A stretch of DNA of 63,982 nucleotides, the filler included, from Octopus bimaculoides (taxonomy: Eukaryota): assembly GCF_001194135.2 (NCBI RefSeq). It is 9 parts of 8 records of this genome, joined end to end, with 100 filler letters (N's around TTAATTAATTAA, not from the genome) between each part and the next. Parts side by side here need not be neighbours in the genome. Positions count along the whole stretch, not along the records: positions 1 to 11,918 come from NC_068986.1; 8 more parts are not named here. One strand, written 5' to 3'. The translations under genes were made by a program, and so were the position numbers. Positions 1 through 12,018 of the stretch are shown piece by piece; the first letter of the stretch is position 1; each line of letters begins with the position of its first letter. Below the pieces are notes generated by a model, which did no database searches, was not told where the DNA came from, and saw nothing but the letters and a program-made list of their open reading frames with translations.

Positions 1-34
<34 letters not shown>

Positions 35-52
35 GTGTGTACATATATATAC

Positions 53-112
<60 letters not shown>

Positions 113-439
113 TATTTACACCATATGAACGAATATTTGATACACGTGTATATTTTAATATATAGCAGCAGAAACAAATCATGTACACTCAACCAAATTT
201 ATTTAAGCAGAGCATGGTTTGCTCCTATGGTTAAATAGCATAACAGTTGGTTTACCATTGCAAATCTGTCCTTTACTACGTTCAAGTAAACTTCACTCTA
301 CTGAAATCATTCGGACACGAACATTCATAGCTTTCTTGTCCCCGTTAGTTTTTTTTTGTTTGTTTGTTTTTTTTTCTTACAGATATTATGTAATCCGTAA
401 GAACCATTCCTCTTCATGTTAAAGTATATCAAAAACTAA

Positions 440-620
440 AACTCGGACACTAACGAAGGAAACAAAATGCCGTAATGCGACACCTCTTCGGTGTCTACTG
501 GCACGCCCTCTACCACCGTAATGTTTCAAAATGTCTTTCTTAAGAGATCTAAATAGCGTGGTCCAATCACGTGCCTACCGTTTAACGGTAATGGCGGACA
601 ACTCATAAATAAATGTTCGT
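440..620. promoter_or_regulatory. Candidate promoter-like CpG-enriched patch
   Basis: CCAAT (563-567) overlapping into CACGTG (568-573), plus AATGGCGG (590-597), in non-repetitive-looking sequence. Confidence 0.25.
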
Positions 621-895
621 TTTGCATTCAACGGCTTGTTTTATTTGATATTTTTGTACTGTATTGCTTTGTTTTGTTTTTGTTTTTTTCACTCTTATTC
701 TTTTTTTTTTCCTGTGAAACTTTTTTTTTTTCATTTTGTTGCTTTCTTTAACTGTTATAGCCTTTGATTAAGTCCTATGATCTTTTGCAGGTTCTGTGAT
801 CTCATGTCGTATGCATATGCATAGATATACTACACGCTTATACAAATCAATATAGCTTTGGTCTATTCATGTGGTTCACTCTCCCTCTCTCACTA

Positions 896-950
<55 letters not shown>

Positions 951-977
951 CTCTCTCTCTTTCATTCTCTCTCTCTA

Positions 978-1018
<41 letters not shown>

Positions 1019-1041
1019 TACTCACGGCCTCTATCTCTCTC

Positions 1042-1076
<35 letters not shown>

Positions 1077-1384
1077 TATATATATATATATATATATTCA
1101 TATATATATATATATANNNNNNNNNNNNNNNNNNNNNNNNNNNNNNNNNNNNNNNNNNNNNNNNNNNNNNNNNNNNNNNNNNNNNNNNNNNNNNNNNNNN
1201 NNNNNNNNNNNNNNNNNNNNNNNNNNNNNNNNNNNNNNNNNNNNNNNNNNNNNNNNNNNNNNNNNNNNNNNNNNNNNNNNNNNTATATATATACATGTAC
1301 GTATGTGTTCATAAGTATATATATTTTTGTATACGCATATGTATGAGAGTCTACATATATATATATATATATATACATATATTC

Positions 1385-1432
<48 letters not shown>

Positions 1433-1794
1433 ATAAGTTTATATATTTTGTATATGCATATGTATGAGAGTCTACATATATATATATATGTATGTGTGTG
1501 TGTGGGTGTGTGTGTGTGTGTGTGTGTACACTACCTACAGGTCATTACTAGAAAACACCGAGGCAAGTACATACGTTCTTCTAGATTACTATAGGCGTCG
1601 ATGTGTATGCCTGCGTGTGTACATTTCGGTGCATTTCATTTCTATGTGCGTAGATCCATTTATGTAATATATCTGGTGGTCTATGTAACTCGATACAGTT
1701 GTGTATAAATCTTTATGAGCATGTGTGAATTTGTTCGTGATTTACAGGAGAAACACGATATATATATATGAATATATATGTTATAGCTATTTAG

Positions 1795-1828
<34 letters not shown>

Positions 1829-1921
1829 CGTATGTTTATATATACAAAGACATATATGCATACATATATACGTATGCCTACATATATATGCATGCATACA
1901 TATGAATATATATCTACATAA

Positions 1922-1967
<46 letters not shown>

Positions 1968-3085
1968 ATATAGAAAGAGAGAGAGAGATGTATGTATGTA
2001 TTAATGTTTGTTTTTATGCCAAGTTATATTAAAAACAATTTTGTATTAAACTGAAGTACGACTCAATATTTTGTGTAGAGTACATGTGTATGTACACACA
2101 CACACACATACACACACACACACATATATATATATACATACATATGTATGTATATATATATATGCATATATGTATATATATACATACATATATATGTGTA
2201 TATGCATATAGATATATAAATATAAATATAAATATATATATATATATGTGTGTGTGTGTGTATGTGTGTGTGTGTATGTGNNNNNNNNNNNNNNNNNNNN
2301 NNNNNNNNNNNNNNNNNNNNNNNNNNNNNNNNNNNNNNNNNNNNNNNNNNNNNNNNNNNNNNNNNNNNNNNNNNNNNNNNNNNNNNNNNNNNNNNNNNNN
2401 NNNNNNNNNNNNNNNNNNNNNNNNNNNNNNNNNNNNNNNNNNNNNNNNNNNNNNNNNNNNNNNNNNNNNNNNNNNNNNNNNNNNNNNNNNNNNNNNNNNN
2501 NNNNNNNNNNNNNNNNNNNNNNNNNNNNNNNNNNNNNNNNNNNNNNNNNNNNNNNNNNNNNNNNNNNNNNNNNNNNNNNNNNNNGTATGTATGTATATAT
2601 ATAAGCAAAAATACTAGTTCTACAATCTCTCTCAGAGATCAACGCAGTAGTTGTACTATCAAGTAAAATTCGTAGCCACTTCAATGTGGCTGCTACCTTC
2701 TAGCAACGGGACCAGCAGACCAGTCCTTGTTTCGGGCTATTTCTGCATCGTTAACCAGCTACTGGAGATGTCTTTTGGGTGTTAAAAGGTCGCATTAGAA
2801 TCCGTTCGAACGGACACCATGTTAAAGTGGCTACCAATATTATATACATTGCCCATGTACCTATCAATCTACATGCACACTGACGCAGCACACACATGCG
2901 CCCAAGCAAACAAACAAGTAGAACGCAACTCCGATAACGGAAAGAGTCAACAACTTTTGAAGAAGTTGCAAGAAGCAACGAAAATTTTAGAAAAAAATTA
3001 AATAGATATGTAAATGAGTGGAAAGTGAACCAGTGAGTGTGTTAATCTTTAAAGTATTAAAGCAGAATTAATCTCCCCAGACACG

Positions 3086-3117
<32 letters not shown>

Positions 3118-3822
3118 NNNNNNNNNNNNNNNNNNNNNNNNNNNNNNNNNNNNNNNNNNNNNNNNNNNNNNNNNNNNNNNNNNNNNNNNNNNNNNNNNNN
3201 NNNNNNNNNNNNNNNNNNNNNNNNNNNNNNNNNNNNNNNNNNNNNNNNNNNNNNNNNNNNNNNNNNNNNNNNNNNNNNNNNNNNNNNNNNNNNNNNNNNN
3301 NNNNNNNNNNNNNNNNNNNNNNNNNNNNNNNNNNNNNNNNNNNNNNNNNNNNNNNNNNNNNNNNNNNNNNNNNNNNNNNNNNNNNNNNNNNNNNNNNNNN
3401 NNNNNNNNNNNNNNNNNNNNNNNNNNNNNNNNNNNNNNNNNNNNNNNNNNNNNNNNNNNNNNNNNNNNNNNNNNNNNNNNNNNNNNNNNNNNNNNNNNNN
3501 NNNNNNNNNNNNNNNNNNNNNNNNNNNNNNNNNNNNNNNNNNNNNNNNNNNNNNNNNNNNNNNNNNNNNNNNNNNNNNNNNNNNNNNNNNNNNNNNNNNN
3601 NNNNNNNNNNNNNNNNNNNNNNNNNNNNNNNNNNNNNNNNNNNNNNNNNNNNNNNNNNNNNNNNNNNNNNNNNNNNNNNNNNNNNNNNNNNNNNNNNNNN
3701 NNNNNNNNNNNNNNNNNNNNNNNNNNNNNNNNNNNNNNNNNNNNNNNNNNNNNNNNNNNNNNNNNNNNNNNNNNNNNNNNNNNNNNNNNNNNNNNNNNNN
3801 NNNNNNNNNNNNNNNNNNNNNN

Positions 3823-4000
3823 ATATACATATATACGACGGGCTTCTTTCAGTTTTCATCTACCAAATCCACTCACAAGGCTTTGGTCGGCCCGAGGCTA
3901 TAGTAGAAGACACTTGCCCAAGGTGCCATGCAGTGGGACTGAATCCGGAAACATGTGGTTGGTAAGCAAGCTACTTACCACACAGCCACTCCCGCGCCTA
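3823..4000 (-). mobile_element. SINE family A, 5' half running into (TA)n and a gap
   Basis: Homologous to 63370-63533. Confidence 0.8.
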
Positions 4001-4176
4001 TTCATATTTGCTTAATTACTTTTTCCGTTTCTACTCCCATTATCGGTATCATTGTCTCCGTGCAAGTCTAGTATTTTTTCAGATTGTCTTTTTCATGCGT
4101 TTTGCTCTAGGCAGCAAAGGATCATGGCATAGTTGCTATAACCGATAGAATCATCCACGTAAGATTTAATATTGCT

Positions 4177-4365
4177 TTCAAATGTTGACACAAGGCCAGC
4201 AGTTTCAGTGAGGAGATAAGTCGATTACATCGACCCTAGTGTTCATCTGATACATATTTATTCGACCTCGAAGCGATGAAAGACAAAATCGACCTCGGCA
4301 GAATCTGAACTTAAAACGTAAAGACGGACGAGATGCCGCTAAGCATTTTGCCGGCGAACTAATAA
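4177..4365 (-). mobile_element. tRNA-derived SINE family B
   Basis: Reverse complement of the head/body seen at 4606-4826. Confidence 0.8.
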
Positions 4366-4581
4366 GAACCCTTAACGCATGATTTAATATTAATCAGTGG
4401 TTAGATTTGAAGAATTTCATGGTTTACTGCACGTGTTGAAATTAAGTTTATACTTTGGTCATTTTACGTAAATATATAGGAGTAAGAAATAAAGCATAAA
4501 AAAATATTAAGAGATGTCCAGACATGCGCAGAGAAAGAAAATGCTCACATAGATACAAAGTACATGTAGTGAAATATATTA

Positions 4582-4826
4582 GGCGCAGGCATGGTTGTGT
4601 GGAAAGAAACGTTAGCACGCCGGGCGAAATGCTTAGCAGCATTTCGTCTGTCTTTATGTTCTGAGTTCAAATTCCGCCGAGGTCGACTTTGCCTTTCATC
4701 CTTTCGGGGTCGATAAATTAAGTACCAGTTACGCACTGGGGTAGATGTAATCGACTTAATCCCTTTGTCTGTCCTTGTTTGTCCCCTCTATGTTTAGCCC
4801 CTTGTGGGCAATAAAGAAATAAGAAG
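4582..4826 (+). mobile_element. tRNA-derived SINE family B
   Basis: gaaacgttagcacgccgggcgaaatgcttag..ttctgagttcaaattccgccgaggtcgactttgcctttcatcc; other copies at ~15630-15835(+), 31555-31770(-), 32430-32645(+) and 38830-39020(-). Confidence 0.85.
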
Positions 4827-5389
4827 CTTGCTTCCCAACCACATGGTTCCGGNNNNNNNNNNNNNNNNNNNNNNNNNNNNNNNNNNNNNNNNNNNNNNNN
4901 NNNNNNNNNNNNNNNNNNNNNNNNNNNNNNNNNNNNNNNNNNNNNNNNNNNNNNNNNNNNNNNNNNNNNNNNNNNNNNNNNNNNNNNNNNNNNNNNNNNN
5001 NNNNNNNNNNNNNNNNNNNNNNNNNNNNNNNNNNNNNNNNNNNNNNNNNNNNNNNNNNNNNNNNNNNNNNNNNNNNNNNNNNNNNNNNNNNNNNNNNNNA
5101 CAGGGATTAGCATTGAGTTGCTTCTCCAACATACTGAAAATTTAGAAATAGCAGTCAAAGAACTACTGATTCTAAACTACAAATTTTTCTCTAAACGGAT
5201 GGCGATATTTATGGCACACATAGAACAAAAAACCGGAGGGAAAAGCGTAAACAAAACAAGTCTTTAGTTAATTGGATACGAATCGTTTCATGGTTAAGCG
5301 AATGAAAATTTCACTATTCCAATCTTCAGTCCAAATATTCTGATAAATTTGAAAGTGTCATATATATATATATATATATATACATATAT

Positions 5390-5625
5390 GCGAGTGTTTG
5401 TGTGCTTCGTTTGTTCCCGCCACCATCACTTGAAAACCGATGTTGGTGTGTTTACGTCCCTGTAACTTAGCAGTTCAGCAAAAGTCACGGATACAATAAG
5501 TAGTAGGCTTACAAGGAAGAAGTCCTGAAGCCGATTGCTTCGACCAAAAACCCTTTAAGGTGGTGCTCCAGAATGGCGTCAGTCAAAATGGCTGAAACAA
5601 GTAATAGAATGAAAGAATAAATTCT
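5390..5625 (+). mobile_element. SINE family A, 3' module
   Basis: ccaccatcacttgaaaaccgatgttggtgtgtttacgtccc..ggtggtgctccag..ctgaaacaagtaa; other copies at ~31200-31400, 61115-61320 and 63010-63150. Confidence 0.8.
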
Positions 5626-6586
5626 TTCTTAAAATTCTTTCTTTAAAATTCTAATTCCCTGAAGAATATTTCAATAAGGAGACCTTATTAGTGAAATAGC
5701 GTAGTGACGTCATTGATCTTCGAATAGATTTGTTGAACAAGTTATACAGAAATACGAGAACAATTTTTATGTTGATTTTTCTCTTTCTTTATTTCATTTA
5801 TCACAGGGCGAGGCACGCTGGGCAAATGTCTTCTACAATAGCCCCGGATCAACCAATGCCTTCTCGGTGGGTTTGGTAGGCGGAAACTGTGTGGAATCGC
5901 GTCATATATACACAACACGCACACGTATATATGTCTATGTGTATGTATGTATGTATGTATGTATGTATGTATGTACGTGCGTCTATATGATTATGTAGAC
6001 GTCTGAATATACGTGTGTCTTTTTGTTTGTGCTAGTCCACCACCACTGCTTGAAAACCGGTGCGTGTTCATTTACTTCCCCGCAACTTAGCGATGTAGCA
6101 GTTCGGCCAAAGACACCGATGACATAAGTACCATAAGACATTTGCCCAGGGTGCCTCGCAGTAAATCTGAACCTGAAACAATGGGATTGCAATCCTGCTT
6201 CGTAACCACACAGCCATGCCAATGGCTACATGTATATTGGACTACATGAACCGAATGAACCTTAGTTGCAGAGTGGGCGGCTATGTCATTAAGAATCATA
6301 CAACAAAACGCATCGTCGTTCACATCTGTTTACTAATAAATATATTTGTTTGTACGTGTGAGAGAGACATAGAGGGAGAGTGTGCGTGCAGCGGTGTGTG
6401 CGTATGTGTGTATATTTGTGTCTGCACATGCGGTTGTGCCAGTGTGGTTCACTGCGCGTGCGCATAGACATATAAATGTACATGCACATAAAAGCATATC
6501 TATCGAAAACAAATATTTGTATCAACATCAAACAGGTTTTGTAGTTTTGTACACAATGTATGCGTGCATCTATACCTATGAATACA

Positions 6587-6639
<53 letters not shown>

Positions 6640-6920
6640 TGTATGTATGTATGTGTTATGTATGTGTGTATAAGCGTATAAACATACGTTGAAAGTCATT
6701 TCTGTTGAAAACCATATTGATCTCACTTCGATTTATGCCTGCACTATTACAGAGGTTTTCCTTCATACATATTCATATGTGTATGTACGTGTGTATGTGT
6801 GCGTGTGTGAATATATATATATGTACAAAAATATGAATGTGTATATATTTTTGTATATATATATATTTATATATGTGTGTGTGCATGTGTGCATGTGTGT
6901 GTGTATGTATGTATGTATGT

Positions 6921-7090
6921 TGGACCGTTGAACACGTTTTTTTTTATATATTCTTTCTCTATTTATTTCCTTTTCTTTTCTGTCGAAAAGCGTAGGCTCG
7001 AAACGTAAAAGACTTTTCCATTTTCCCCCACTTGCTTGTTGTTCATACAGCTCTTTTCGTGCTTTGTATCTTTATAAATTTGAACCATGT
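6921..7090 (+). mobile_element. Short decayed copy of the same pLTR family
   Basis: Shares gaccgttga(ctga)acac...tttttt...CTGTYGAA..GCGTAG(G)CTCGAAACGT..AAAGACTTT with the reverse complement of 36560-36665. Confidence 0.55.
6974..7012 (+). ncRNA. Decayed copy of the variant hammerhead motif
   Basis: UCUUUU-CUGUCGA-A-AAGC(GUAG)GCUC-GAAA-CG-UA-AAAGA, with one stem II mismatch and an imperfect stem I. Confidence 0.4.
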
Positions 7091-7151
7091 ATGTATACCT
7101 ATAAGTATACTTATACTATTCAAGTATAAGTATATATATATAATAGGTTTC

Positions 7152-7380
7152 TAGTAACTCGCCTTACCAGGCAAATCTGGTGGGCGTGCTGCTTTAGTCG
7201 TCGACGACCTTGCCATGCATTAAGCTGTATCATATATATATATATATATAATCAGGCCATTTGTGAGGTCTCTTATGTGTGCTACTAGTAAATGGAATCC
7301 GGTACAACCTATCGTATGGTCGGATCGCCAGCGACTAAAGCGGCACCCTCACTAGATTTGCCTGGTGAAGAGGGTTAGTA
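7152..7380. repeat. Decayed inverted repeat with ~50-bp arms
   Basis: accaggcaaatctggtgggcgtgctgctttagtcg versus cgactaaagcggcaccctcactagatttgcctggt. Confidence 0.7.
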
Positions 7381-7935
7381 TGAACCTACTCTAGATTCAA
7401 TGACTGTTTAGCAGTAACACAGACCCTAATTCCAGCCTGGTGACACAGGATCTAATTCCTGTCTGGTGACCACTGGGAGTGAGGCACCACTCAGCTTTTG
7501 TTAAAATGTGTATCTAGGAAAAGGTCGCTCTGATATAAAACCAGACATGCAGCAAATGGCATTCGACACATATTTTATTTCTCGTCACTGAACAATCTAC
7601 TTCTAATACAGACCAACACAAGTCTCCTAGTTCTGTGTAGTTTATTATTTCACATAACTTTGTTTCGTTTGATTCACTTACCTACAGAGCAACTTCAGTT
7701 AAAAGCTGATCTTGTGAAACTTTGTGGTTCGTAAAGTGATTTATCGATTTTTATTTCGAGAGAGAGAGTTCAAAAGCAAAATCGAGGTCCGGTGCTCAGA
7801 AACGTGCGGTACCACTTCAGTCACCATTTACGCTAGCTGTTTGAAGAACGACACACTCAAAATAATTTTTAATGCAATATTTTGCTTACGTATTACACAG
7901 TCAACAGCCTCTTTCTAACTTTCTAAACATATACT

Positions 7936-7966
<31 letters not shown>

Positions 7967-10454
7967 GCTCACTCTCTCCCTCTTCCCCTATCTCTCTCAT
8001 TCTTTCCTTCTTTTTCTCTCGCTTTATCTGAACTTTGATTCAATTAAATCACATGAGAAATGAATTCATGTCTGAATAAACAATTCTAAGATTACAATTA
8101 AATCTTCGGTGCAACTGAAGTTAATTGACTTGCCCAAGGACAGAACGGAATCGCCTGCAGTGAGATACAAGCAGGAAATTCAATAATAAACGTCAGTTTA
8201 ATAAAACTTTACTTCTAAAACAACAGGTGATCCATTATAGTCTGCTTGATCTTTGAATGTCTGTTAATTTTGATTAAGCAGCAAGCTTATCCTGAAGTAA
8301 TCGATTAAATCAGGGTTACTCAGTGCAATTTTAAGAGTTACTTGTTTCTCGCAGTTATTGTCTTTTGTTTTAGAGTGGTTGTACAAATTTTAGATGAACG
8401 CTTTCCTTCAAGGCATTAAATGTATAATATTAATGTATAACACATTAATAAATAGGATATTAGATTTTTTTCGTTAACTTGTCATATGACTTATTCATGA
8501 AGGTGCGGAAATTATAAAGCCGAATAAATCAAGCCCAGTATAATTACAGGTATTTATTTTCTTTACTTTACCGAGATTCAAAATCGATACTCATATAATT
8601 TTATTCAGTGTGTATATTCAATGAATCGTATTGCCCTTCTAACTCTTCTACTCGAGCCACTATGCTAGACATTACAGTCAAACTACCCAAAATCATATTC
8701 TATCTTTTAGACCGAAAATGGATCACTTTAGATACATCATACCAGAATGAAAGACAAAAAGGTAACTGTTAGAATTCTCTGATCCAAGTTCCCCTCTTCC
8801 AAGTAGAATTGACTTTTGGAGGTTTCACAACAACGACATCACTGATGCAAAAATATATTTATTTCTATCATGGCTCAAGGCCAGAAACTGGGTGGGGTGA
8901 GGTAGTCGATTAAATTAATCTCATTATTTGACTGGTACTTTTATCTTCGTACTGCTACTGCACTTACAGCCTGTATTTTTTTTTATAGCCACACGACAGC
9001 TTTGATGAAGCAGGCCTATAATCAAAAGCATTCCAACTGTGACTGTCCCTCCTTAATTTCTTACAGTGTCTCTCTGGCTATATTTTCTATATTTTCAGCA
9101 TATCTGTGGTNNNNNNNNNNNNNNNNNNNNNNNNNNNNNNNNNNNNNNNNNNNNNNNNNNNNNNNNNNNNNNNNNNNNNNNNNNNNNNNNNNNNNNNNNN
9201 NNNNNNNNNNNNNNNNNNNNNNNNNNNNNNNNNNNNNNNNNNNNNNNNNNNNNNNNNNNNNNNNNNNNNNNNNNNNNNNNNNNNNNNNNNNNNNNNNNNN
9301 NNNNNNNNNNNNNNNNNNNNNNNNNNNNNNNNNNNNNNNNNNNNNNNNNNNNNNNNNNNNNNNNNNNNNNNNNNNNNNNNNNNNNNNNNNNNNNNNNNNN
9401 NNNNNNNNNNNNNNNNNNNNNNNNNNNNNNNNNNNNNNNNNNNNNNNNNNGATATCTGGAAGATATTCTTATATCTCTAAAGTTACGGGGTTAAATTTCT
9501 TTTCTTTGGTCAGTCTTTTTCTTCTCATTCCCACATTTTAACTAACCACAAGGACTCTAAATGTTTAAGGTATGTTAAGTATTAAATACTTAAATCTTTA
9601 AATATACGTTTATCTAAAATAGAAGTATTTTCAAACTGGGATGCGAAAACTAGGTGAAGGGGTTGACTCGTAGAGAACAGAACTCTATGCGAGCAGCATC
9701 TATTTATACTCTATTCGTACGTATGGGCTGATATAATGTAAATATTTGTTGATATAATTCGGGCATTTTTAGAGATTTGTCATTGTCATCAGTAAATGTC
9801 TCATAAGTAAATGTCTATAAAAACGTGANNNNNNNNNNNNNNNNNNNNNNNNNNNNNNNNNNNNNNNNNNNNNNNNNNNNNNNNNNNNNNNNNNNNNNNN
9901 NNNNNNNNNNNNNNNNNNNNNNNNNNNNNNNNNNNNNNNNNNNNNNNNNNNNNNNNNNNNNNNNNNNNNNNNNNNNNNNNNNNNNNNNNNNNNNNNNNNN
10001 NNNNNNNNNNNNNNNNNNNNNNNNNNNNNNNNNNNNNNNNNNNNNNNNNNNNNNNNNNNNNNNNNNNNNNNNNNNNNNNNNNNNNNNNNNNNNNNNNNNN
10101 NNNNNNNNNNNNNNNNNNNNNNNNNNNNNNNNNNNNNNNNNNNNNNNNNNNNNNNNNNNNNNNNNNNNNNNNNNNNNNNNNNNNNNNNNNNNNNNNNNNN
10201 NNNNNNNNNNNNNNNNNNNNNNNNNNNNNNNNNNNNNNNNNNNNNNNNNNNNNNNNNNNNNNNNNNNNNNNNNNNNNNNNNNNNNNNNNNNNNNNNNNNN
10301 NNNNNNNNNNNNNNNNNNNNNNNNGGTGACAAGGAGAATGGTGATGAGGAGGACGATGATGATGAGGAGGAGGAGGGGAGGGTGACGAGGAGAATGGTGA
10401 TGAGGAGGAGGACGATGATGATGAGGAGGAGGAGGACGAGGAGGAGGATGTTGT

Positions 10455-10504
<50 letters not shown>

Positions 10505-11918
10505 GTGCTATCCCAGGAAATAACACGAAATAAGTGTTTGTGGTTCGTATAGCATTGACATATGCCGTTTCTAATATGAATTCACTTCGCTTTTCCATAG
10601 ACCCATCCACATGGCTTTAAGCTGTAGTCACAAGTAAATAAATTTCGCTGCACTAAACAGATGGATTTCTTTGAAAATAACTTTTCAGCAATCTGTTATT
10701 TTCCTTAATAGACATGCATATTCAGAGAAATTAGTTCATTTCGTGTAGAGAAAGTTTAGTTATTTATCAGCAGCGACTAAAGTAACTAACTAATGTATCA
10801 AGAAATATTAGTGTCGACTCTCGTGACTTGAACAACTGAAAAGGATTAACACATTCATTGGCAGTTTCTAGTTTAAATATGTTTATTTTGCTTTCGTCTT
10901 TTTTTCTTTCTTTTTCTTTTTTTTTTCTTTTTTTTTGGCTACGTCCATGTTTGCTGAGTTCAGTCAAAATTAATTTATCGGCTTTGCGATAGAGGAAAGG
11001 TTATGTCCGTGACTTGTGAATATCTCACTCTAATGGGGAAAAAGAGAAAAAGGAAAGAGACAAAGAGTAAGAAATGCAGCGAGAGAAAAAAATGTGACTA
11101 AGATTAATGTTTTCCTTTGACAAGCCGAAAGTTAGTAATTGGAGAAACACATGACTAAAGAAGAGAAAAAGGATTTTAAAAATGAGCTGCCTCGTTTGTT
11201 GAAGGAAGTATTTATTGGTTACTCTTCAATGTAAAGCTTTATGAAAGAAACTAATATTTTTTTAGTGTCAGTTTGTTCAGAAAACTAATAAGGGATAAAC
11301 TGACAACTGCATTAAGTCGTTCTATTGAATAACATCGTTTTTGTTTTAATATATTTTGCGCAATTTTTTAGTTATGCTGAGGAGAATAATAAAATTTAAC
11401 CATGTTCAAAATATACAAAGCTAGTCCACTGAAATAGCTGTTTCCAGTCATTTTCATTGAAATCTACCTTTCTTCTCCTGTCAACTTCAGCCTTTCTTTT
11501 CAAGCTCAATCCATCAATATTGTTGTGTCATGTTCGCTGTTTTTCTTTTTCTTTTTCTTTTTCCCCTTTTCCCACCTTTTTTTTTTTCTACTTTTAGATG
11601 AAGCTTAGATTAATGGAAATGCGCAATCCTATATCATAGAAAATGCTAAATCTATGCATTACTCTTTACGTTTTTTTTTTAATATAAATCTTACTTATAA
11701 ACTTACGTACACTTTCATATGGAAATTTGAAGCCTGCCATATCATTTTGAGCGCCGCGCTGTTGAAAACGGGAATCTTTCATTCGAATCCCTGTTATCGT
11801 TTAGCCACAATTCAAAACACATGAGGTATACATTTAATTAAAAGACGTTCCAACCGTGAACATCCAGCCTATTTTTTAAACAAAATAGGTCAGGATCATA
11901 TACAATATATTCTTTTAT

Positions 11919-12018
11919 NNNNNNNNNNNNNNNNNNNNNNNNNNNNNNNNNNNNNNNNNNNNTTAATTAATTAANNNNNNNNNNNNNNNNNNNNNNNNNN
12001 NNNNNNNNNNNNNNNNNN
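11919..12018. other. Synthetic 100-bp gap linker: 44 N + TTAATTAATTAA + 44 N (assembly or concatenation artefact)
   Basis: Identical structure with linker cores at 11963, 14390, 44015, 53792, 56653, 58645, 60949 and 62908. The 12-mer is palindromic and gives stops in all six frames. Confidence 0.95.

Noticed and set aside
858-2684. Long ORFs of YI/CV/HT/SL repeats here and throughout the window
   Set aside because: They are translations of TA, TG and TC microsatellites and N runs, with no coding signal.
2668-3001. 60-aa ORF, a 14-bp palindrome (tccgttcgaacgga) and weak 22-bp inverted arms (2668-2689 / 2817-2838)
   Set aside because: Probably an old MITE remnant; the match is too short and degenerate, and the ORF is featureless.
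4111-4158. 48-nt AG..GT exon candidate (AAKDHGIVAITDRIIH)
   Set aside because: No recognisable homology or partner exons; such short candidates are expected by chance.
4582-4680. tRNA genes (here and at other SINE heads)
   Set aside because: They have A/B boxes but no cloverleaf and continue into SINE bodies.
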